Shown in pieces: positions 52,321 to 64,000 of a stretch of 64,000 nt of DNA (its first letter is position 1; each line of letters begins with the position of its first letter). The position numbers were made by a program, and so were the translations under genes. The stretch comes from Octopus vulgaris (lineage: Eukaryota): NCBI GenBank assembly GCA_951406725.2, contig OX597815.1:12214001-12278000 (forward strand), in the 5' to 3' direction. The notes under the pieces were generated by a model. It saw only the letters and a list, made by a program, of their open reading frames with translations, was not told where the DNA came from and did no database searches.

Positions 52321-53329
52321 TATATATATATATATACACACTCACAAATATGTATGTATGCATGTGTGTATCGATGCAACTCTGAACTTTGATTACGATC
52401 AACCAATTACTTTTTCTCGTAAATTAAAGAATGATGTTATTTGGAATTAAAGTTGGGAAATTTAAGTAATTTTAGCCAATCGATAGACAACGTGGCATTA
52501 GTAACTTGCTACCATAACAACCACTGTTGTCTGTGCCGCACGTTGTTCTACGTTGATTTCTTAAACGTGATTGTTCACACCACGGGATTCTTTTCACCCG
52601 CGTGTTTTGTTCCAATTTTCCTGTGTGTTAGTATATAATATTTTCCTGTGCTTTGGGGACAAATTCTTTGTTGACAAGTGTTTTTCTTATTATAGTTTAG
52701 AAATCCAAGTGTGAAATTGTTATTCGACTTTGAAGTTTTGGAGACAGATGAATACAAAAATGTGCATATAATCTTATATATGAATACATACATCCACATG
52801 CACTTTTACATTAACGATGCACAAAAAAATAACATGGCAGGTCTACATAATACTAAAACACGCATAATGTAATCACAAGCAGACAAATATATTAATATAA
52901 CAAATTAGAAAAATAATAAAAACATACAATCAATGAAGAAACAGTAAGATGAGACATGTTGATTTTATTAGGTATTTCTGTTTATTTAGAAACCAACAAT
53001 GAACAGGTCAGTCGCTAAACTATAAATTTCATAGCGTACAACCTTAAAGTTGACACCGCTCCGCTAAATACAGAAACATTCTGTCTCGCTATTAGCTAAA
53101 AATGCATAGTTTTTCCAATATTTAAATCTCTTTTTCCCCCAATTTTCTTTTTCTCTACATCATACCTTCATAGAAATGAGACTTCTAGACTGTGGCCGAT
53201 TTTCAGATTTCTTACTTTCTTTTAAAACATGTATGCTTTGCGTATTAAAAACTAGATCCCACACAGAAAGACAGGCAGACAGACAGGCGGATAGATAGAT
53301 AGTTAGATATATAGACAGATAGATAGTAG

Positions 53330-54720
53330 ATCCAGCAATGACACCACACAGCCACGTATTGTGTCTCCCTTCTGAATCCTTTTGCTATTTTAGCAATAAT
53401 TGGGCTCTCCAGACCACCACAGGCGCCGCTACATTGTTTCAAAGAATGCCACATGAATATCAAGATGTCAGCGAGAAGTGCCAATAAGATAATATTTTAG
53501 TCATGGATGACTTCTATCTCCCCTTTAGTGGCAGATCTACTCATACCTGGAAAAGAGGTGAGTGCATTTCAGCTCCAGAAAAAGCAGCAGTGGAATCACT
53601 TTTCAAATCCATGGCCGCTTTTTTCCTTACAAACGCGAGCTCACGGGTTTGAGAACCAACGAAAAGACATTCGAGTCAGTGTTAAGTAGCCATATGAAAG
53701 CTAACAACAATATTGCAATAATAATTTTTAAAAATCTCTTCATTCCGTCTATGATTTGGTTCTCTGTAACTTGAGATTCTGACAACCAAAAGTGATGTCT
53801 AAGGATCTCACTCCATCACACACTCTTGATCTCATAGATCCTGACAACGCTAATCATCCCAAGATCATTCACTCGTTGATTGGTTTTCTACACTGTCATC
53901 CAACTGAAGCAGCAAGAAGACATCCAGGCTGTTATTTGTGTCAAAAATATATTCACACAACATTGTCCACGGGTAAAGCTAAACACAGACAACCACGAAA
54001 TAGAAAACTAAGAAAAAGCAAAATGGATTCACGAAAAATCAATTGGCTAAACTATTGCCAGCTGCAGCACCCCCACTTGACAGATATAGCTTTGCTTGAA
54101 CCAAAAAATATAATTTTCAAACTGCACGAAGATTATCATCGACAATGAAAGAACTTCTCTGTCTAGAGAGGACCCGGCTATCATCCTTCCCAGTCTAGAG
54201 AGGACCCGGCTATTATCACTCCATTCTCTATTTTCACTCGTTCTCACATTGACAAAGGGTTATGGACTCCAAAGCATAAATCTAATGGAGACATCCTTAA
54301 GTGTCTTTTTCGGGTGGCGATATTAAGTTAGTTATGACATAAGCTATTTCTGGTCGAAACAGAATCTATCTGTAAATACATAGCAGGAAAATTCTCCGTG
54401 AAACAATATTGTTGTCTTTATCAAAAGATGCAGTAAGTAACATAAAAAGTTTTTGCTTTGTATATCTTGAAAAAAGATGATACTCTTAACGTGTACGATT
54501 TTTTTCACAGGATTTGCTCTGTCAGAAATGGTGTAGATTTGAACAACAGCAGTAACCATAAAAGTAACAACACTATGTTGCGTGAAAATATAAACGATGC
54601 AATTGGCTATCTTTTCTATTTCTATAAGCACTTGGCCTACAGAAATACAGTCAAAGCAGTCGTATCCATCCATTTGTGGTTATCGTTTAGCAAGCCTGCT
54701 GTTATTTAGTGATTACATAG
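53330..54720 (+). mobile_element. Degenerate CR1/L2-like LINE relic
   Basis: RPPQAPLHCF and DNILVMDDFYLP correspond to APE motifs YRPP and GDFNLP; the remainder is heavily decayed. Contains a tandem duplication of about 32 bp at 54161-54217. Confidence 0.4.
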
Positions 54721-55711
54721 ATCACTGAGTATTTGTTTCAGCAAACAAGATGAGATAATTTCTTACATAGACACAGGGGTTGCAATTTTGCGGAAAGGGA
54801 TAGTCAATAATCGACATCAGTACGTTACGTCTACATTATAATCCCGAAAGCATGGAATGCGGTAATTACTGTTGATTGTATAATCAGAACTTTGTGAGTC
54901 ATGAGTGTGCATCAGGAACTATTTTATTGTATATACCACCGCAACTAGAAGTTGTAATAAATGAAGAGACAAATATGAATCTTAAGTGCAGGGCTTATTT
55001 TAACATTGGAAATAAAAACTTCTTAATAACGTCTTATCAAATATTTCTCTTGCATACGTTTATTGGCTCAGTTTCTGTAGCGCAAATAAACAGGATATGA
55101 ACAAACAATAACTATATTTCCTTCAAATTTAATTCTATAATTAAAACTATCTTCCAATAATAAACCATGTAGATATTAGAGCATTTAGTGAGATTTATTC
55201 ACAAATGTTTTTACGTGTTGTTATCTCAGTTTAAATGCACTAAATAGAGACGATATTGTTGAGAACAACACCAGATATGTAGAACATGATTCCTACACCT
55301 AATTGACACCGACAACATAATATCTACGAAACATATCTACCATAAAAATAACGATAAAAATGTAAACGAAAGTAAACGTAAGAAAACAATGAATATGGTC
55401 GCGACCCCAGCTGAGAGGGAAACAGAGACATTTAACTAGAGGATGAGTTACCGTTCAAAAACTAGAAGGAAGCTCTACATTTTCCTTGATATTTTCCCAA
55501 TAGCATTATTAACACGATAGTCTAGTATATTTGCATTGTCACAGAAAACTATTTACCATATATATCCTGACATGAACTGTTCATAGTGAATACCGTAGAA
55601 AACTAGTTAGGCAGTGTATGTAGTTACTTTATAGATGCACAAACACAATCACACGCACACACAAATATATATATATATGTATGTTTGTGTGTGTACGTGC
55701 ATACATATATG

Positions 55712-55795
<84 letters not shown>

Positions 55796-55828
55796 AATGG
55801 AATAATTACTATGAAGCGTTGTGTAGAT

Positions 55829-56100
55829 TATATTGTATAAAAAATCATGGGTAAGGCCAAAACAATTCGAAATAAATGCAAGGTAAATGGTAGGAAACAA
55901 ATCTATGAATTGATGTAGACCTGCCTTGTATTCAATATTTCTGGGTTATGACTCCATTAAAATCTTGAAAATGGGATCATAACCCCGAAATATTAAATGT
56001 AAAGTAGGTCCACATTAATTCACATATTTGTTGCTTGTGATTTGCATTGCATTTACTTCGCATTGTTCTGACTTTACCCACGATAATTTACACAATATAT
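55829..56100. mobile_element. Palindromic MITE-like element (about 130-bp imperfect arms)
   Basis: Arm pairs include aatatttctgggttatgactccatt / aatgggatcataaccccgaaatatt and atcatgggtaaggc / gactttacccacgat; TA-rich flanks. Confidence 0.7.
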
Positions 56101-56130
56101 ACAATATATATATATATAAATATATATATC

Positions 56131-56184
<54 letters not shown>

Positions 56185-56345
56185 GTAATATTAGAGACAG
56201 AACCAACTTCAACTCAATAAACACTAAAAGATTTTTTACCCGACTACTCTATAAAATTTTAAATATTAAATCTTATACTAGCTACATGTATTCTGAATCA
56301 CATATTTTCTGTTTATAAGACTACGCGTGTTTCATGAAACGTGTA

Positions 56346-56640
56346 GTCTTCTACTATAGCTTCGGGTCAAGCAAATGCTTGTAAGTAGATTTGTTAGACG
56401 GAAACTGAAAGAAGCTCGTAGTATATGCGTACGTATATATTTGTGCGTCTGTGTTTGTCCAACCCCCAGCATCACTTGCTATGTTTACGTTCCCGTAACT
56501 TAGCTGTTCTGCCAAAGACACCGATAGAATATGTACTAGGCTTACAAAGAATAGGTCCTGCGGTTGATTTGTTCGACTAAAAGGTGGTGCTCCAGCATGG
56601 CCTCACTCAAATGACTGAAACAAGTAGAAGACTAGAAGAA
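56346..56640 (+). mobile_element. SINE family A, 5'-truncated
   Basis: Reads gtcttctactatagc...ctccagcatggc...aatgactgaaacaagtag. Confidence 0.85.
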
Positions 56641-57081
56641 TACATGTTTTCTTTGTATGTGCGTATACACACGCACACACACACACACATGTGTAAATAT
56701 ATAAGGATTCATTAGAATCTAGTTACATTCAACATGTAGGACACTCAGAAATGGTTGGGTACTATAACATAGAACATAGAACTCACAGAGTGGTAAGGAA
56801 CGTTAAAGAAACCAAGTGCTCAAAACAAATTCAGACCCAGAATTTTCTTGTAGTCTTCATTCAAGAAGTAGAACTACTCGGACCCGAAATGACTTCCAAC
56901 ATATAAGAACACAAATACACTAAAAAGAAATTTGCTCTCCGAGAACTAACATAAAGTGGTCAATGGCAACTGTATGAACAACACTCACGCACGCCCTCAC
57001 ACACACACACACATACAAACATACAAACACACACACTCACACACACAGATACGTGTCGGTCGGTCTTTCTCATTCTCTGTT

Positions 57082-57112
<31 letters not shown>

Positions 57113-57161
57113 AATATTAAATTTCTAAATATCTCATAGAGATATGTACGTTGGTGGGGCG

Positions 57162-57454
57162 ATAGAATGGTTGTATACTGTCAACTTAACGTGACAATCC
57201 TGTATGGGAATTGCACCACCACTGTTTAGCCCTAAGAAGCATCGACGCTTCCGTTCGGCCTTGACATATTTCCTGTGTTCTCATATATATTTTTTATATA
57301 TTTATATATTTATATATTTTTTTAAAAATATATAAGGACACAGGAAATGTGTCAAGGCCGACAGGAAGCGTCGATGCTTCTTAGGGCTAAACAGCGGTGG
57401 TGCAATTCCCTTACAGGACTGTCACGTTAAGTTGACAGTAGACAACCACTCTAT
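57162..57454. repeat. Inverted pair of about 120-bp arms around an AT-only spacer
   Basis: tactgtcaacttaacgtgaca...tgtttagccctaagaagcatcgacgcttcc...ttcctgtgt is mirrored at about 57335-57454. Confidence 0.9.
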
Positions 57455-57996
57455 ATATATATATATGTTATGGCTTAAAAACTAGAGGGAAGCTCATACA
57501 TTTTTCTTGATATTTACCCAAATATTTATATAACTTACTTGGAAATGGGTGCGTGGCGTTCGATCATATGATGATATAAATTATATATAAATATATGCAT
57601 ATATACATACATGTAGGTACATACCTACATATATATGTATATATACATGCATATATGGGTACAGGACATCAAAAATAAAAACGTTGAACACAATGAGAAA
57701 CGAAATCATGGAAACAAAAACCTAGAAACGAGCTTTTTTTCGGACAACGAAAAATACAAACAAATTGACGAGACATACAACATAAAGAATATACCCCTTC
57801 TTCAGTTGTCCTTCTTTCAACTACTTCGTTTACGAAGGAAAGGGCAAGAAGTGACTTCGCTGAAACAGTTCTTCCCGCAAAGCAAATTAAATAAAATTTG
57901 GGATTTTTTGGCGTAGGTTGAAAGTCGTAACACGAACAGGACATTGATAACAAAACAGTAAAAACAATAAAAAAATAAAAGTGTGTGAATACATAT

Positions 57997-58029
<33 letters not shown>

Positions 58030-58329
58030 AATAGGCACATATATATTATAAACACATACATTTATATATCTGAGTTCGTGTGTGAATTTTCCATAAGTAA
58101 TTTTCAAAAATAATCTGCTGTTTATACATGTACGTGCACGGTCGAATGTATGTGCGTGCGTGTGAAATTTGCAACGACAGCTTGACTCTGTCAGTTTTGC
58201 TTTTGTTTTGCTTTTCCTTCTTTCTTAAACTATACTTTTGTTTATAAAAAGTAACCATATGACATTCATGGAACTCAAGTTTCCGAGTCAATAGCACTTG
58301 TTTTAAACATATACTTCTTACACTGCGTA

Positions 58330-58410
<81 letters not shown>

Positions 58411-59699
58411 CCTGATCGCAGCCAGTAGTAAGCTATCTAGAGGTTACTGTTGTTTGTGTATTCTAGCTACGATCATCTCTCGGAATATATGGGGATGCGA
58501 GCGTGTTTACTTCAATCCAGCTACTGAATACTCTTCCCTCCCACTCACTATCATTTTCTCCGTGTGTTTGTCTATAATTCTTTCTGCATACCAGCGTGTC
58601 TGTTTGTATATATTTCTGTAGGCGTTTCTGTTACATGTACGTGTGTACATATGTATGTCTGTGGATATGTGTGTGTGTGTGTTTTGTGTCAATCTGTGTG
58701 TGCGCTTGCGTACACTTACTTGTGCACTTTATGATATTTTAATGCATGTCTGCGTATGTAAAATCAATATCTAAATATATGTGTCTTGCAGTTAGCCGAT
58801 TTTATCAGAGTTTGAAATTTTCGTATTGTTTATATTCTAACATTCATATCGTTTCTTATCCATTTTTCTTTTTCACACTTGAATATGTTTCTTCAATTGC
58901 ATTTCTTTAATATTTCCACCTTAAATTTTCTTTCAAAGTATTTCTTCATTCACATAATATTAATCACTTTTTGTTTTCCTATTCTCAATCATTGAATTTT
59001 CATCTTCGTTCGTCTCCCATCGATTTTAGGTTTTCGTTCATTATTTTCTTTCTGTATGGTTTCTTCCATCTTTCGCTCTGATTCATCTTTCATCTGTTTC
59101 CGTTCTTTCTATATCTATCGTTTATTTTTTTCATCTGATTTCTTTCGTCTTCTTTCATTCAATTTCTTTCATCTTACACATTCACTCGCTTCCAGTCGAC
59201 TTTTGTCTTTCATGCATTCTTGCCATTCTTCCAGTGTTTCGTTTCATCTTCAGGGGTACACTTCTGTTTTTGTCTCTCATTCACATTATGCATTCTTTCT
59301 TTAACAGATTACATTGATAATTTTTCATTTAGTCCTCCATCTGTTTTCGTCTTTCTTTCAAACCTTTGCTCTCCTTTCATCGAATATCTTCAATTTGAGC
59401 TTATCGTCTTGTATTGCTTAGCATTTTCCTTTCATTTTAGATCTACTTTATTCATCGTATGACGTAGTGAAACAATGTGTCCATATACGCATAGAGAATC
59501 GCGCTCACATGAAAGTACTCGTAGAATGATGCAGTTAGAAACACCTGTATGGAAACGTTTTTGTTTTCATAAAGCATGTGTACATCTATCCATATCAGAA
59601 TTTATATTTCTGCATATCATAAAAACTGTGCCTTAGTTTCCATGACTCGTTCACTTTGCTATACACACGCATTCACACAGGATTCCGTCAATCCATTCC

Positions 59700-59822
59700 T
59701 CCCTCCATCCATCCATCCATCCATCCATCCATCTATCCATCCATCCATCCATCCATACATACATACATACATACATACATACATACATACATACATACAT
59801 ACATACATACATACATACATAC
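59700..59822. repeat. (CCAT)n(ACAT)n compound microsatellite
   Basis: Direct reading. Confidence 0.95.
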
Positions 59823-60094
59823 GTATATATACATATATACAAGATCACTATAATCTAACCAAATATCCTAGGCAACACTCTCTTAATACTTAAAGGGTTA
59901 CAAGCGAAACAAGAGCATCTAAACCTTTCAATTAGGCCTGAATTCGCTCTACATTTAAAAGAGGAAAGGAAAACGTAAGTATGTTTCTATGTATATGAGA
60001 GTGTATCTACATATGCATATACACGTGTGTGTGACCGTGTGTGCATCTAAATACGTATATGTATCTATAAATACACACACACTTACACACACAA

Positions 60095-60199
<105 letters not shown>

Positions 60200-60721
60200 G
60201 AATGTGTGGCGGAGGGAGAGAGTAAGTAAGAACACATACTTATATATTCGTATGTAAATATCAATTCAACATGAAAACTCTTTGAATACGTTAACGAAAT
60301 CTCAAAATGTTATGCTTAAAAAAGCGTTAAAAGTGAATTTGAAGCTTCGCTTGTAGTTTACCTGTGGAGTGTTATTTACACATGCATGATGATTATGTTC
60401 CCTTTTTTTATTTTCGCATCCACTTATATTAAAAATTTATAAGGGATCCTGTTACATCATAAACGCTACTTAAATACTTTGATTATGGGACTAATGAATT
60501 GCACGAAAATGATTACCAGAGAAAACTATAGCAATACAACAAATATGAAATTGGAAGAAAAACTGAAGCTATTGAAAAGTGACAGCGAAATAGAAAAGAT
60601 GCGATAATACATTCGTGTGTGTGTGTGTATCTATGTGTGCGCGTGTGTATGTGTGTATGTATGTATATATGCATATATGTATGTACATGTGTATGTATGT
60701 ATATATATATATATATATATA

Positions 60722-60908
60722 CTTAAAGGGAGAATTCACAAAAAAACTCCCAAAGGACCAAGACTGGTGGTGTACAAAACAAACAGATGTATTAGTATAA
60801 CGCTCGGGAAGTGAAAATGTCTTTAACGTTTCGAGCCTACGCTCTTCCACAGAAAGGAATACAGAAAGAAACAAGGAGAGAAAATAATGTATATGTGGCT
60901 AGCGATCT

Positions 60909-60911
<3 letters not shown>
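60722..60911 (-). mobile_element. Short PLE-type tail element with hammerhead-like motif (related family)
   Basis: Shares tttaacgtttcgagc...gctcttc with the 8460 and 15437 elements; bounded by (TA)n on both sides. Confidence 0.7.
60821..60856 (-). ncRNA. Hammerhead-like motif with atypical core (CUGUGGA)
   Basis: Minus strand reads CUUU-CUGUGGA-A-GAGC-GUAG-GCUC-GAAA-CGUU-AAAG. Confidence 0.5.
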
Positions 60912-60968
<57 letters not shown>

Positions 60969-61220
60969 TGTATGTATATTATCCGTAAGTAACTTTAGTT
61001 GAACCAGCCCCGGGGCTTACTTCACGCTGATTCTCTTGTTTCCTTTCCTATCAGTAAGAGTGAAGATTTCGTCAGACTCAACCTCACCCATTACAATTTG
61101 CGTGCATGTATTTGTGTGAGGGTTTGCGCATACAGGTGTGCGTCTGCGCGCTCTTATATTTAGATATTTCATATTTTGTGTATTTTCTTTTATGTGTTGA
61201 ATGCATTTGTATTAAGTCGA

Positions 61221-61603
61221 GGCGTAAGAATGGCTGTGTGGTAAGTAGCTTGCTTAACAACCACATGGTTCCGGGTTCAGTCCCACTGCGTGGCACCTTG
61301 GGCGAGTGTCTTCTACTATAGCCTCGGGCAGACCAAAGCCTTGTGAGTGGATCTGGTTGACGGAAACTGAAAGAAATCCGTCGTATATATGTATATATAT
61401 TTCCTCTAGAGAATTTCCCTTGTAGTTTGATCGTTGATGATCTTCTTCTAGCATTCTGGCCGGATACCTAGCAGGCCAGCCCTGCCAATATACACATATA
61501 TTTGAATTTTCTCTGACCCTTCAGATTTTTTGAATGCTGGACTACTGGTTTTAAATTGATATTAAAATTAATATTAATTTATCTCCCTCAATTCTTAAAT
61601 ATT

Positions 61604-61644
<41 letters not shown>

Positions 61645-61890
61645 TTGTGTGTATGTATGTGTGTGTGTATGTGTGTGTGCCTGTGTTTGCCCCCCCCCCG
61701 GCGCACTCAATATCACTTGACAACCGATGCTGGTGTGTTTACGTCCCCGTAACTTAGCGGCTCGGCAAAAGAGACCGATAGAATAAGTACTAGGCAAGTC
61801 CTAGGGTCGATTTGCTCGACTAAAGGCGGTACTCCAGCATGGCCGCAGTCAAATGACTGAAACAAGTAAAAGAGCAAAAGAGTGAAAGAG
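61221..61890 (+). mobile_element. SINE family A split by about 200 bp of unrelated sequence in its central TA tract
   Basis: 5' half at 61221-61398, foreign sequence at about 61400-61605, 3' half at about 61635-61890. Confidence 0.85.
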
Positions 61891-64000
61891 TAAGTCATAT
61901 TAATGCATTTAAGCCTCTCTTTGTCATGTACGAGTCCTTATTTTGGTTGTTCTTAACGTTTACAAAGTTTTATGCGCACGTTTGCATTCCTGTTATTGGT
62001 ATATTCAGCTTGTGTCAGCGAGAAATTTTAAGCCTTTCTCAAACCGGTTGACTGATTACACCGATGTGAATAAGTGAAAAATATAACAACTAGCATATGT
62101 ACGGTGATAGCTGCAAAGAAATCATTGACACACTTCTTTTAGAAGCTATTACATTTGGGGATAAACCTTTGCCGGAAGTACTGGTTGATATCTTCTTTTT
62201 CTTTTTTGTACCAATTGACGACGGTCAGTCTCGAGTTAGAATTCCTTGAACCTTGGCAGTGCAGTTATAGTTTATGAAAGAGAATTAGTTGATTACTACA
62301 ATGAGGCGACGACAGGTAGTCGTCGAAATAACTATGTGAATTGAGAAAACGGAAAGAACGTTCAGAGACAGAGTGGGATAGAGAAAGAGGAAGAGAGAGA
62401 GAAATTCCTACACAAATACATACACACTCACAGACGTGTAGTGGAATTGATTTAATCCTAACGCAATTTCCAATCACAAAAGAAGTCTCATTGTTATCTA
62501 AAATTACAAAAACATAATGCTTTCGAAATCCAACATCGTTTCTTTTTTCAATTTTCTATTCTTAGATAAGATATGTGGAAAGAATTAAGTAATTATCTTG
62601 GAAAGTTTTGAATGATCATACCTATAGATTAAGGAGAACTGCTCCCTTTGATGTACACTTGACCCAAATTCAATCTTCAGCTGCTTCATATTCATATTTT
62701 TGCCTACACTTATCTACCTGGGAAAGTCCGCAATACTACACAATATCAAACAGATCATAAAAAGAATTTTCAGTTTTGCTGAAACTTGAAAAGTGATGAT
62801 AAAAAAAAAAAACTGATCGTAGACTTAGAATATTATGTTACCATTTTATCATTCTTTGTGTTGAGCATTTACATTTTAAATAGGTTAGTATGATTCGTCT
62901 GCGCGGAGATGAGAATCTATGACACATACTTTTCAATCTTTATATATAGCTGAATATAATTTATTTTACTTCTGATTCCTCAAAAGCATTCTTTATATAT
63001 TACATTTACCGTCAAGTGAAATTGCAATGAAAATTAATGCAGAGAAAAGCAAATAATGAAACGAAGAAACAATAATCATTGTCTGATTAAGGAGAAAAAA
63101 TGTTTATCTATATCAAGTAAATAACTTAAATCCCTTGGAGCAGCTATATATCTTTTTTTAAAAACAAAAGTAATGTTATATAATTGTAGCGTCTGATTGA
63201 AAATTGATGAGTCCAAAAGCTAAGGGAAGAAATTCCAATCGATTTCTGAACTCTAATGAATATATTTGCTAATAGCAATAAAATACGCAAAATAACCAAA
63301 TAAGTGGTTTTAAAATCCAAACTAGAAATCAGAAAGAACACATGAAAATATACATCTATTACGTCTTATGGAAAATAAGTGTTTGTGTGATTTTCTGTAA
63401 ATAGAAATGCACACGGAATTTGTCTATCTGCATTATATATATATAGGTACTTACATACACACATGCATCCAGATACGCGCACACACTCACACGTGACGTG
63501 TTTTAATGTTTACCAAAATTATATGCTCAACTGAAACTTGTGTTTAAAATGAAAGATGTACTGACTTTTTAAATCTAGCTCTTTATATCCTCTTTGCTGC
63601 CATAATAGTCTCACATATGTTCGTTTCTACGTGCTCCTGGGAAAATATAACCTTACACATCCTGTTTCTATTTGGCGAAATTCGGTGAAGCTGCTGTATG
63701 AAGTACAAAATCTCATAAAATATGTGTTAAACACAAGTGGCTCAATGAACGACTTGTGTTACAACATATGTTTCAGTTCAATTTATCTATGTTTCTCATT
63801 CTTTCTCTTCCTTATGCTCTCTCTCTCTCTTATTTTCCCTCTTTCGCATTCTCTCCCCACTCTCTCCGCGTGTTTCTACTTACAAGTTCACGAAGTCTGT
63901 TATATTGTACATATAATTGCATTTGAATTATTATGATAATATATCTGGCATCACTAAAAAATAGGAAGCATTTGCGCCCTTAGCACCTAGTTTTAATAGC

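Noticed and set aside
58840-59460. Pyrimidine-rich stretch with F/S-rich ORFs resembling membrane proteins
   Set aside because: Degenerate (TTC/TTTC/TCAT) low-complexity DNA; the amino-acid bias follows base composition.
61030-61080. Minus-strand CTGACGA as another hammerhead
   Set aside because: No stem II followed by GAAA and no stem I pairing could be built.

Overview
AT-rich, microsatellite-dense eukaryotic intergenic or intronic DNA. The SINE families and repeat landscape point to a coleoid cephalopod, most likely Octopus (inference). I found no convincing host protein-coding gene; nearly all ORF-track entries are microsatellite translations (YIYI, THTH, IIII, LSIY) or transposon relics. 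The window is a mosaic of decayed mobile elements: three tRNA-headed SINE families (about 17 copies), five R4/Dong-type RLE non-LTR fragments, two copies of one Tx1/L1-like LINE, CR1/L2-like relics, several Penelope-like (PLE) relics, three mariner-type elements and several MITE-like palindromes. The most interesting signals are: (1) short PLE-type tails carrying minimal type I hammerhead-ribozyme motifs with covarying stems, mostly ending at (TA)n; (2) apparent partitioning of microsatellites among retroelements, with Dong/R4 in (TAA)n, Tx1-like in (TATC)n and hammerhead tails at (TA)n; (3) repeated fold-back or templated-inversion junctions. All assignments come from reading motifs by eye; no database search was run and boundaries are approximate.
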